A stretch of DNA of 30,945 nucleotides from Alphaproteobacteria bacterium (GCA_031378595.1 JANNEL010000037.1:1-30945); one strand, 5' to 3'; shown: positions 1-8,792, counted from the stretch's first letter. Notes: generated by a model not told the origin, from the sequence alone. Numbers and translations are program-made.

Positions 1-2053
1 TCGATTGAACCATGGGCACAAGGCGCGCGCGGAAATCGTTCAGCACGGGTTCCAAACGCTTACGCGTCATGCCCGGTTCGTATTCGTCCAGCAGGATGAC
101 ATAGGGATCGGTGTCAGGATCGATCGCCTTCGACGTTTCGCGGGCGATGGCGACGAGTTCGCCGAGTGCGGGTGCGAGGAGCTTGAAGTCGTTGGCTTCG
201 CGGGCATCTTCCCATGCGGCAGTGGCACGGGCGCGCGCGGCGGCGTAGGCGCGTACCAGTTCGGAGGGGATGGCAAGGTCGCTTGAGCGAAGGTCGCGCA
301 GGAGTTCGATCTCGCGGCGCCAGCGTTCGTCGCCATCACGGGCGACCGCCACTTCTTCGATCAGATCGCCGAGGTGATCGGACGTCAATAGCCCATGACG
401 TGCTGCTTCGAGTGTTGCCAGTTGTTCGCCGCGTTCGTCGCGACCCCCGTCGGGCAGCACCGTTTCTTCATCCCATTCGAGGAGCGCGATCGCGTTGTCG
501 AAATGCTGGAGTTCGGCAATCTTCGAACGAAGCGCTTCTTCGGCGCCGTCGCTGCGGCCCTGAGAGCGCTTCGGTACGCGCAGTTCGCGAGGCGGGTGTG
601 CGACAAGGACCGCCGCCATGCCGCCGTGCTGTGCCACGTTCACGACCTGCTTTTGGCTGACGCGGCACATGATGCCGAGGCCGTTTTCGGTGGGGGCAAA
701 GCCCATGACCGCGTAGAACGGTTCGGCGAACACGCGGCCGTCTTTACCCACGATCGGGAACTCGTGGACCGGAAGGCGTGTCGCCTTCTGCACCACCCAG
801 TTTTCTTCGGTGTCGCCGGCGTTTGCGACTGCTTCGTCGATGAGTTTCTCCCAATCGGCGGCCGAAGTTGATGCACCGATCGTAACGCCTTCGCCGCCGT
901 AGGACCGGTTCGGCTTCATCACGAGCTCTTCGCGATGGAGGCGCAAGAATTCGAGCAGGTCGCCTTCGACATTGTGCGTCAGCGTCGTCTTGCGGTCGCC
1001 GACGATGCGGGTCCACAGCACGTGACGACGAAACAAGCGGCATTCTTCGGCGCTGAAATACTTTTCTGCGATGGCCGGGTCAGTGAGCACTTCCCAGCAG
1101 CTTTTGTGGTCGAAGTCGCCGACGAGCGAGGAGACGATACGGTTCTGCTTGAAAAGCTGGCGCATCGCCTCCAGCGGTTTGCCCAGTTCTTCCTCGAGTT
1201 CGATGAGATCGCGGACTTCGTAGTCGCGATAGGCGACGTCGACGCATTCGTCGCCGTAGAAAACCTCGCCGTCCTTCAGACGCAGTTCGCTGGGGTCGGC
1301 GTGCGTGATGGTGAGATTGTGGCGCTTCGCCAGATACGAACTCAGCACCGACTGCTCGTTGATGCCGTCTTCGGCGTATTTCGGTTCCACGAAGCTCAAG
1401 CGGCATTTCGTGCGGCCGAGCGCGCGGGCGTGGTCGATCAGCGTTTGGATGAAGAGGTCGCGTTGATCGCGCGGGAGTTCGATCCTGAGCGCGGGATCGT
1501 GATCGAGCAGCGTGGGCACGATATCGCGCATGACGAGCTGTTCGGCGAGCGGCGCGTAGTTGATGCCGCCGACGCCGGAGAGGTTTGCCTCCATGAAGTG
1601 CAGCGTGTCTTGCCAGCCTGCTGCGGTGAAATCGCAGACAGCGTCCAGACGTCCGTAGACCGTGTTGTTACGTTCATGCGCTGGGGTCCAAGTGTCGCGC
1701 AGCCAGCCTTCCTCGCCGGGCGTGATTGCGATGACGCGCTTCACCTGCGGGTCGTTCAAGTACAAAGACGGTAACCGTTTCAATGCGTCGGTGAGGCGCT
1801 GGCAAACGTGTTGGACGTAAGCGAGTTGCTCATTCATCGCGAGAAGTGGACGCAACATTACTGGGATAGGTTCGAACTTCCCGTCGCGTTCGTAGGTGAA
1901 CTCGTTCTTCTCGGAGTCGGCTCGGATGCGCTGGCCGATCTGAGCGAACGTCAGGTCGTTGATGTGGCCGGCCGCCTTGCGCACGCGGCTGTCGAGCGAT
2001 GCGCCTGCGAGGCCGAGGGTTTCGTTTGGACTGAGGATACTTGGCGTCGTCAT
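1..2053 (-). CDS. Fusion protein (3'-truncated by window edge): N-terminal circularly permuted ATP-grasp / glutathionylspermidine-synthase-like ligase (~2053-600) plus C-terminal M32 (carboxypeptidase Taq-like) metallocarboxypeptidase (~535-1)
   Basis: Manual translation from ATG at 2053 (MTTPSILSPNETLGLAG...) is open for 684 codons to the edge. Ligase motifs: YGRLD (1657-1643), FMEAN (1597-1583), LVMKPNRSYGGEGVTIG (K at 916), WVVQ, VVNVAQHGG. M32 N-terminal motifs: LLEWDEETVLPDGGRDERGEQLATL (W at 475), AWEDAREANDF, YVILLDEYEPGMT. Absent from the ORF track because there is no in-window stop. Confidence 0.9.
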   Translation of the reverse strand, partial: MTTPSILSPNETLGLAGASLDSRVRKAAGHINDLTFAQIGQRIRADSEKNEFTYERDGKFEPIPVMLRPLLAMNEQLAYVQHVCQRLTDALKRLPSLYLNDPQVKRVIAITPGEEGWLRDTWTPAHERNNTVYGRLDAVCDFTAAGWQDTLHFMEANLSGVGGINYAPLAEQLVMRDIVPTLLDHDPALRIELPRDQRDLFIQTLIDHARALGRTKCRLSFVEPKYAEDGINEQSVLSSYLAKRHNLTITHADPSELRLKDGEVFYGDECVDVAYRDYEVRDLIELEEELGKPLEAMRQLFKQNRIVSSLVGDFDHKSCWEVLTDPAIAEKYFSAEECRLFRRHVLWTRIVGDRKTTLTHNVEGDLLEFLRLHREELVMKPNRSYGGEGVTIGASTSAADWEKLIDEAVANAGDTEENWVVQKATRLPVHEFPIVGKDGRVFAEPFYAVMGFAPTENGLGIMCRVSQKQVVNVAQHGGMAAVLVAHPPRELRVPKRSQGRSDGAEEALRSKIAELQHFDNAIALLEWDEETVLPDGGRDERGEQLATLEAARHGLLTSDHLGDLIEEVAVARDGDERWRREIELLRDLRSSDLAIPSELVRAYAAARARATAAWEDAREANDFKLLAPALGELVAIARETSKAIDPDTDPYVILLDEYEPGMTRKRLEPVLNDFRARLVPMVQS

Positions 2054-2217
2054 AGTGTTCCCGTGATTGCGCGTGGACGGCGTTGCGATTCAAGGCGGTT
2101 TCGAGCCAAGGGTTAGCACGGAACTGCGGCTGTGCACGATTGGTGTGCGCCAATTGGACCTGCGACCGGGAGCGGGCCTCCTGTTAGCCTCGCCCACAAA
2201 TATGGGAGGTGGTGAAA

Positions 2218-3303
2218 ATGGGCCGGGTTTTATTGTGGTTGTTTCTCGCTCTGCTGTTGGCTGCTGGCGGGTGGGTCTATTTCTTCCTGGTGGACGCGGG
2301 GGTGTTTTTGGACCTTAAGCCGACGTCGGTCGGCGTCTGCCGGCAGGTCACGGCTGGTGGCGTTGTCGGCGTTGAAGATATCGCCATCGATCATGAAACG
2401 AAGATTGCCTACCTCGCGGGCTACGACCGGCGGAAAGCGATCGGGGCTGGAGCGACACCCAACGCGAACGTTCGCGGCGCCATCTGGACCTACGATCTGA
2501 ACACGCCCGACGCCGTACCGGTGGACGCTACAACGGCTGCACTGCCCGACGGGTTCTCGCCGCATGGCATCAGCCTTTATCGCGGTGCGGACGGACGCAA
2601 AGTGTTATTTGCGATCAGCCATGCGGGTGGAAAGCACTCGGTCGAGATTTTCGACGTGAATGGCGCAGCCTTAACGCATCGGCGGACGGTTGCGGGGCCG
2701 GAGCTCTTGTCGCCGAATGATGTCGTCGGCGTTGGGCCTGATGCGTTCTTCGTGACGAACGATCACGGCAACGCTGCCGGATGGCGGCGGTCTGCAGAAG
2801 ATTACATGCGCCTCAGAGAATCGACCGTGCAGTATTTCGACGGCGCGAAGTTTGCCACTGCGTTGAGCGGCATCGGCGGCGCGAACGGCATCAACGTGAG
2901 TGCCGATGGGCGTTCGCTCTATCTCTCGGCAGCGTCGGAACGCACGGTCTATGTCTATGACCGCGATCGGGCAACGAACGCATTGAAGCAGCGGGCGGCG
3001 ATCAAGGTGCCCGGTTTCGCCGACAATCTCGATGTGCTGGCGAATGGCGACTTGCTGCTCGGGCTGCACTCCAAGATATTGCAGTTCCTGGAGCATGTGG
3101 GCGATGCCACGAAGCCTTCGCCCAGTCACATCATGTATCTCAAGGCGGATGGGAAGGGCAGTTTCGTTGCGCGCACGATCTACTACAATTTGGGTGACGA
3201 AATATCGGGGGTCAGCGTCGGCGCGGGTGTCGATAAGCGTCTGCTGATTGGGTCGGTGTTCGAGCCTAAGATCTTGGATTGTGTTTGGGATGGTGCGCCC
3301 TAA
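2218..3303 (+). CDS. Paraoxonase/arylesterase-like six-bladed beta-propeller lactonase with N-terminal hydrophobic anchor
   Basis: GGAGG at 2205-2209 precedes ATG 2218. PON-type motifs VEDI, FSPHGIS, ISH, SPNDV, VTNDH, ANGIN, ADNL, GLH. Confidence 0.85.
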   Translation: MGRVLLWLFLALLLAAGGWVYFFLVDAGVFLDLKPTSVGVCRQVTAGGVVGVEDIAIDHETKIAYLAGYDRRKAIGAGATPNANVRGAIWTYDLNTPDAVPVDATTAALPDGFSPHGISLYRGADGRKVLFAISHAGGKHSVEIFDVNGAALTHRRTVAGPELLSPNDVVGVGPDAFFVTNDHGNAAGWRRSAEDYMRLRESTVQYFDGAKFATALSGIGGANGINVSADGRSLYLSAASERTVYVYDRDRATNALKQRAAIKVPGFADNLDVLANGDLLLGLHSKILQFLEHVGDATKPSPSHIMYLKADGKGSFVARTIYYNLGDEISGVSVGAGVDKRLLIGSVFEPKILDCVWDGAP

Positions 3304-3955
3304 GACCGTCAAGATCGCCGTCGGCTCGGGGCAGGTTTCCGGCCTGCTTCTGACACCGCAATCGCCGCGCGCGGGCTACGTGTTCGCGCACGGCGCCGGT
3401 GCGGGCATGGCGCATGCGTTCATGGAAGCGGTCGCGCAGGAGTTGGCGGAGCGTGGTATCGCCACGCTGCGCTATCAGTTCCCCTACATGGAACAGGGCG
3501 GCAAGCGGCCCGATCCGCCCAAGGTCGCGCACGCCGCCGTGCGGGCGGCGGTTGCGAGGGCGCGGGAGCTGCTGCCGGGGATAACGCTTGTTGCCGGCGG
3601 CAAATCGTTCGGCGGGCGGATGACGTCTCAGGCGGAGGCCGTGGAGCCGACTGGCGTGAAGGGGCTCGCGTTCTTCGGCTTTCCGCTACATCCAGCTGGC
3701 GCGCCCTCCGACGAACGGGCGGCGCACTTGTCCGATGTTCTTGTGCCGATGCTGTTCTTGCAGGGGACGCGGGATGCGCTTGCCGACGTCACGCTGCTGA
3801 AGCCGGTGGTTAAGTCGTTGGGCAAACGTGCGACACTGTATCTTGTCGCGGATGCCGATCATTCTTTCCACGTTCCGGCCAAGAGTGGCCGCAAGGATGC
3901 CCAGGTTCGCGCCGAAATACTGGATGCTTTTGCAGCTTGGGTGGCCAGCCTGTAA
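3290..3955 (+). CDS. Alpha/beta hydrolase (KANL3/Tex30-like, dienelactone-hydrolase-like)
   Basis: FAHGAGAG, nucleophile elbow [28 protein letters not shown] 3290 overlaps the upstream gene end. Confidence 0.85.
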   Translation: MVRPKTVKIAVGSGQVSGLLLTPQSPRAGYVFAHGAGAGMAHAFMEAVAQELAERGIATLRYQFPYMEQGGKRPDPPKVAHAAVRAAVARARELLPGITLVAGGKSFGGRMTSQAEAVEPTGVKGLAFFGFPLHPAGAPSDERAAHLSDVLVPMLFLQGTRDALADVTLLKPVVKSLGKRATLYLVADADHSFHVPAKSGRKDAQVRAEILDAFAAWVASL

Positions 3956-3995
3956 CGAGTGGGCTGGTCTCAACTAGAGATTCGACACGGTCGCG

Positions 3996-5504
3996 ATGTT
4001 TCGTTCCCTGCTTTCGGTCGGCGGCTTTACGCTCTTGAGCCGCATGACCGGCCTCCTTCGCGACATGGTCATGGCGCCCATCCTTGGGCACGGCGTGCTG
4101 TCGGACGCGTTTTTCGTGGCGTTCCGCTTGCCGAACCACTTTCGAACGATTTTTGCCGAGGGTGCGTACAACGCGGCGTTCGTACCGATGTACACGGGCT
4201 TGCGCGCGCAGAACGAAGAGAGTGCGCATCGCTTCTCGCGCGAGATGCTAGGCTGGCAGATTGCGGTCCAGGTGGTGCTGTTGGCTGTTGCGCTCGTGGC
4301 GACGCCCTATCTCGTGGCGCTGCTGGCGCCGGGGTACGTGGGCAAGCCCGAGCAAATGGGGCTTGCGGTAAGCCTCACGCGGATCACGTTTGCCTATCTG
4401 CTGTGCATCGCGGTGGTGACGCATCTCGGCGGCATGCTGAACGCGGAGAAGAGATTTTGGGCGGCGGCGGCCGCGCCAGTTTTGCTCAACATCGTGATGG
4501 CGGGCGCGCTCAGCGTTGCGTTCCTGTTTCCGAGTGCTGGGTACGCGGCCGCGTGGGGCGTGGTCGCAGGCGGCGTCGCCGAGTTGCTGCTTCTTGTTTT
4601 CGCCGCGTGGTTTGCGAAGTTGCCGGTTGCGCCTGCGCTCCCGTCTGTCGACCAGAATGCGCGCACGTTTCTGCGGCGGTTTGGGCCAGCGACGCTGGGT
4701 GCGGCCGGTGTGCAACTCGCGCTCTTTGCCGACACGATTTTGGCGAGCTTTCTCGGCGCGGGATCATACACGTCGCTCTACTACGCCGACCGCGTGAACC
4801 AATTGCCGATGGGCGTGATTGCGATCGCGCTTGGAACGGTGTTGTTGCCGGAGATGTCGCGCAGCGCGCAGGCCGGCGATACGGCGCAGACGGCGCGTAC
4901 GTTCAATCGTGGCACGGAGATGGGGCTGCTGCTGACGATGCCCTGCCTCGCGGCGTTCTTCGTGTTTCCCGACGCGATCATGGAAGGTTTGTTCGCGCGC
5001 GGCGCGTTCAATGTGGATGCGGCGCGTGCAGCTGCGTCCGTGTTGGTTGCGTATGCTGCGGGGTTGCCGGCGTTCGTCGTGCTGCGCACGGTGACACCTC
5101 TGTTTCATTCGACGGGCGACACGCGAACGCCCGTTATTGCGACGGTCGTTGCGATGGTCTGCAATCTGGCGGTCAAGTTTGGGCTCATTGTTGGTCTTGG
5201 CTACGGCGTCGAAGGTTTGGCGCTTGGTACGGCCGTCGGCGTCTGGGTGAACGTGCTGGTGCTTGGCGCGTTCGCGTGGCGGCGCGGGATGGTGCGCGTC
5301 GATGCGCAACTGATCGACAATGGGTTGCGGTTTCTCGGCGGAACGTTGCTTGCGGGGTTGGTCGCCGCGTTGGTTGCGCAACCGCTGCTAACTTCGCTCG
5401 CTGGCGTCACGTTTGAACGGTCGCTGGTGTACGTCGCTATCTTAGGTCTTTTGACCCTTGCGGCCTACGCGCTGACGGTGCTTGGCCTTGGGTGGAAGCG
5501 GTGA
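3996..5504 (+). CDS. murJ: Lipid II flippase MurJ (MviN)
   Basis: TLLSRMTGLLRD, SDAFFVAFRLPNHFR, FAEGAYNAAFVP, LYYADRVNQLPMGVI; 502 aa with many hydrophobic helices. Confidence 0.93.
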   Translation: MFRSLLSVGGFTLLSRMTGLLRDMVMAPILGHGVLSDAFFVAFRLPNHFRTIFAEGAYNAAFVPMYTGLRAQNEESAHRFSREMLGWQIAVQVVLLAVALVATPYLVALLAPGYVGKPEQMGLAVSLTRITFAYLLCIAVVTHLGGMLNAEKRFWAAAAAPVLLNIVMAGALSVAFLFPSAGYAAAWGVVAGGVAELLLLVFAAWFAKLPVAPALPSVDQNARTFLRRFGPATLGAAGVQLALFADTILASFLGAGSYTSLYYADRVNQLPMGVIAIALGTVLLPEMSRSAQAGDTAQTARTFNRGTEMGLLLTMPCLAAFFVFPDAIMEGLFARGAFNVDAARAAASVLVAYAAGLPAFVVLRTVTPLFHSTGDTRTPVIATVVAMVCNLAVKFGLIVGLGYGVEGLALGTAVGVWVNVLVLGAFAWRRGMVRVDAQLIDNGLRFLGGTLLAGLVAALVAQPLLTSLAGVTFERSLVYVAILGLLTLAAYALTVLGLGWKR

Positions 5505-5836
5505 CTCAGCTTGAGGCGATGGCGTTGACCTATGCCATCGAGGCGGCCGTCGCGGCGGCGCTTGCGCCAGCGTTCGGTCGCGCGGCTTTGATGTGTGCGC
5601 TTGCCGCTGTTGCCGGAAGCACGATGACGCACCCGATCCTGTGGGCTGTATTTTACGACGCGCAGGCGGCCTTCGGACCGCTGGTGACGCCGGCGTTGGA
5701 GGCGGGCGTCATTGTTGCGGAGAGCTTCGCGTATCGCTTGCTGGCAACATCACGGTGGGATGAGGCCGCGTTGTTTTCGGTTCTTGCGAACGCGGCGTCA
5801 TGGTGGGGCGGCGAAGCTATTTACGCGCTGACGTGA
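5501..5836 (+). CDS. Small hypothetical integral membrane protein (about 4 TM helices)
   Basis: GTG 5501 overlaps the murJ stop (GTGA). Hydrophobic, with THPILW, LEAGVIVAE and LANAAS segments. Alternative start ATG 5519. Confidence 0.65.
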   Translation: MTQLEAMALTYAIEAAVAAALAPAFGRAALMCALAAVAGSTMTHPILWAVFYDAQAAFGPLVTPALEAGVIVAESFAYRLLATSRWDEAALFSVLANAASWWGGEAIYALT

Positions 5837-6806
5837 AGCCTTGGCCGATGGCGAGCAAGAGGATCGGCAATTCGATCCAGGCGTGGATCGCGGCGGCAAC
5901 GCCGTAAGCGGCGCGGGCGTCGGTGTAGCTGACCGCATAAACGCCGAAGGCGACGGCAGCGATTGCAGCGACGCCGGCTGCGAACACCGGCCAAGTGGGC
6001 CATGGGACGAGCGTCTGGGCGGCGGTGCCTTGTTTGGCGCGCAAGAGCTGCGGCAGCAGGACGATGACGGCGACGTAGTGCATCGACTGGGCGACGACGG
6101 CTGCCGAAAACAGGTTTAGGTCCAGTGACTCCGGCGGTAGGAACGAGAGCAACGGCTTGTCGCCTGCGCCGAACATCGAGGTCCATTGCAACTCGGCCAC
6201 TTGGAACACGAGATTGGCGAGGCCATGGAACATGCCCGTTGCGACCAAGGCTGGGAGGACGAAGAACGGGATCGCGAGCAGCGTGAGCCAACGGCGGCGC
6301 TCTTCGCCTTCGGTGATTTCGGCGACGAAGCCGAGCGGGGTAAGGTTGTGCAGCCAAGCCCAGATTAGGAACGTGGGCACGGGCGCGAAGACTGCGCCGA
6401 GAGCGAAGGCGGTGCCGATGGCGGCACCGAGCGGCTTGTTGTGGCGCATGAGCGCGGTTGCGGTCAGTGCCAAGGCGGCGCCAAGGCCAAGCTCGATCCA
6501 AAGGAAGGCATCACCCATCAGGATGTGCATGCCGTTGGCGATTCTGGCGGTGGCAATGAGTGCCACGAGGGCGCCGATGGCGGCGAGTGGGCGCGCGGAC
6601 ATCCGGGCGCTGAAGCGCTCGTCGACGTAGCGAAGCTCGTAGAGCACGTGGGGCAGGCCGAAAGCGCTGATCATCAGCACAAACGCTGCAATCGGTGCGA
6701 TGGCAACAGACACCACCGAGACGATTGACACCGCGATCCAAAGCGCGGCGAGACGCGAGGATGAGGAGTCAAATGCGAGCGGGGACACGTTCATGTGGAA
6801 AACCAT
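5817..6806 (-). CDS. Hypothetical polytopic membrane protein with four spaced His motifs
   Basis: 329-aa hydrophobic ORF; GLPHVLYELRY, WLHNLTP, QSMHY, IHAWIELP. Start may be 6806 or 6794. Confidence 0.75.
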   Translation of the reverse strand: MVFHMNVSPLAFDSSSSRLAALWIAVSIVSVVSVAIAPIAAFVLMISAFGLPHVLYELRYVDERFSARMSARPLAAIGALVALIATARIANGMHILMGDAFLWIELGLGAALALTATALMRHNKPLGAAIGTAFALGAVFAPVPTFLIWAWLHNLTPLGFVAEITEGEERRRWLTLLAIPFFVLPALVATGMFHGLANLVFQVAELQWTSMFGAGDKPLLSFLPPESLDLNLFSAAVVAQSMHYVAVIVLLPQLLRAKQGTAAQTLVPWPTWPVFAAGVAAIAAVAFGVYAVSYTDARAAYGVAAAIHAWIELPILLLAIGQGFTSARK

Positions 6807-7109
6807 GGCGGTTGAAACGACGACGCGTCAACGGCAGAACAGCAATCGCGTGCACGCGGTAATTGAAACTTCAGCCTCATCTGATTGATTTCATACGGAT
6901 CGTCTCCGATTGTTAGCATGAAATCATCAAGCGTTACCGCTGAAAATTTGGCCAAGCGATTCGTTGGACGGATTGGTACAGCCAACATGGGGTTGTGACT
7001 TCGTCGCGAGCGACCGCGCGATGAAACTTCTGTCTTTCCCAGCCAATGTTGCGCTCGTCCACAGTGCCCCCCCTATTGCGATCCGGATCGGCTGCTAGAG
7101 TTAGATCAC

Positions 7110-7229
7110 TGAAGTGATTCTTTCGCGCCTAGAGACGGGATGCCCCCCTACCCAAGCGTTCCCGTCGAACCCATCGCCTAGGCGTCGAATGCGGCAGGTG
7201 TTCGCCCCCAACGGCACCTGCCGCTTTTT
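7110..7229 (+). ncRNA. Candidate small RNA (structured, C-rich loop, own terminator); 5' end uncertain
   Basis: CGCCTAG(7126-7132)/CTAGGCG(7178-7184) and GACGGGA/TCCCGTC stems around the loop TGCCCCCCTACCCAAG, followed by a + strand terminator with no + strand CDS upstream. Confidence 0.35.
7191..7229 (+). terminator. Intrinsic terminator; U-tract on + strand, hairpin may also serve the convergent minus-strand gene
   Basis: Perfect 10-bp stem GCGGCAGGTG (7191-7200)/CACCTGCCGC (7215-7224) followed by TTTTT. Confidence 0.8.
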
Positions 7230-7238
7230 ATTTGTGCT

Positions 7239-8792
7239 TTAAGCAAACATCGCTTCGATCAAGTGCGGGCCGGGTTCGGCGAGCGCGCGCTTGACTGCTT
7301 TGACGAAGCTTTCGCAGTCGTCGGCGCGTGCGGCGCTGACGCCCAGCGCCTTTCCCATCGCAGTGAAGTCGATCACAGGCTTGTCGAGCGAGAGCAACGA
7401 GCGCGAGCGTTCGCTTTGCGCGGTCGCGCCGACGCGGTCGAGCTCCATATTCAAGATGCCGTAGGACTTGTTGTTGAAGAGGATGGTGATGACGTGCAGG
7501 CCTTCGCGCGCCGCAGTCCACAAGCCTTGGATCGTGTACATCGCGCTGCCATCGGCCTGTAGGTTGATCACGGGCCGACCTGGGCACGCGATCGCGGCGC
7601 CAACCGCCATCGGGATACCGTCGCCGATCGCGCCGCCCGTGAGTGCCAGCCAATCGTGCGGCGCTGACGCCTGCGAGGCGATCTGCGCCCATGTGCCGGA
7701 CGTTATTGCCTCGTCGGAAACAATAGCGCCTTCCGGCAACAACGCGGCGAATGCATCGCCGAAGGTTTGGACATTCAGCTTTCCGCTGGTTGGGACCTCG
7801 GGCAGCGCGCTTCCCGCCGGTGCGGGCGTGACTTTCGCGCCGACTTCTTCGGCTAACGCCGTCAGTACGTCGACGACGTCGTTTTCGCTGTCCCACGGCT
7901 GATAGGTTTTGCACTCAGGCGACAGAAACGTGGAGGGCTTGTTCGGGTAGGCGAAGAACGCCACCGGCGCTTTCGTGCCCACCATGACGGCGTGGCGGAA
8001 GCCTTGCATCATCATCACCGCCATCTCGCCCAAGTAGGGCACACGATCCGGACGCGAGCGGCCTCGTCCGCGCGCGAGCCGCGGCACGAACGTGTCGGCG
8101 AAGAGGCGTACGCCGGTTTTCTCTGCAATCGCGGCGGCGAGCGCCAGCGGCCGTTCAAGCCCAGCATGGCCGCCGATCAAGAGGACCGCGGGTTCGCCGG
8201 AGCGCAGCGCCGCGGCCGCCTCGCGCACAAGCTTCATGTCTACGGCTTTCGCTGCCGTGCGCTTCGCTTTGACGCTGGGCGGCGCTGGTGGCATCTCGGA
8301 CCAAGCGATATCGGCGGGCACGATCAGCGTCGACAGACCGCCGTTCGGGCGCATCGCGATGTCGAAGGCTTGGCGTGTTTTCGCGAGCGCGTCGTCGGCG
8401 GAGACTGGGTCGCCGATCCAATCCGAGACGGGCTTGGCGATCGAGTGGATGTCGCTTTGCAACGGTGCGTCGTATTTGCGGTGATAGGTGGCGTGATCGC
8501 CGATCAGATTGATCATGCGCGACTGTCCGCGCTTGGCATTGTGCAGGTTCGCGAAGCCGTTCCCGAGGCCGGGGCCTAGATGCAGGAGTGTTGCAGCAGG
8601 CTTTCCCGCCATTCGGGCGTAGCCGTCAGCGGCGCCGGTGCACACACCTTCGAACAGCCCAAGAACCGGGCGCATGCCGCCGACGCGGTCGAAGCTGGCC
8701 ACCAGGTGCATTTCCGATGTGCCGGGGTTGCCGAAGCAAACCTCGACGCCAAGGTCCACAAGTTGGCGCAAGACGGCTTCGCTGACGTTCAT
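7239..8792 (-). CDS. ThDP-dependent enzyme, acetolactate synthase large-subunit-like family
   Basis: CFGNPGTSEMH, LGLFEGVCTGAADGYAR, LHLGPGLGNG, ThDP-binding motif QADGSAMYTIQGLWT...NN. Confidence 0.9.
   Translation of the reverse strand: MNVSEAVLRQLVDLGVEVCFGNPGTSEMHLVASFDRVGGMRPVLGLFEGVCTGAADGYARMAGKPAATLLHLGPGLGNGFANLHNAKRGQSRMINLIGDHATYHRKYDAPLQSDIHSIAKPVSDWIGDPVSADDALAKTRQAFDIAMRPNGGLSTLIVPADIAWSEMPPAPPSVKAKRTAAKAVDMKLVREAAAALRSGEPAVLLIGGHAGLERPLALAAAIAEKTGVRLFADTFVPRLARGRGRSRPDRVPYLGEMAVMMMQGFRHAVMVGTKAPVAFFAYPNKPSTFLSPECKTYQPWDSENDVVDVLTALAEEVGAKVTPAPAGSALPEVPTSGKLNVQTFGDAFAALLPEGAIVSDEAITSGTWAQIASQASAPHDWLALTGGAIGDGIPMAVGAAIACPGRPVINLQADGSAMYTIQGLWTAAREGLHVITILFNNKSYGILNMELDRVGATAQSERSRSLLSLDKPVIDFTAMGKALGVSAARADDCESFVKAVKRALAEPGPHLIEAMFA

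Noticed and set aside
395-1774. + strand ORFs 395-871 and 935-1774 from the track
   Set aside because: Antisense shadows of the ATP-grasp/M32 gene, which has recognisable motifs; these have none.
3959-5416. 485-aa Arg-rich + strand ORF
   Set aside because: Alternative frame over murJ; typical GC-rich artefact.
6807-7238. tmRNA, RNase P RNA, 6S RNA or small ORFs (6791-6988 minus; 26- and 25-codon + ORFs at 6918 and 7021)
   Set aside because: No tRNA-like ends, tag frame or RNase P consensus recognised; the small ORFs lack RBSs and coding-like composition.
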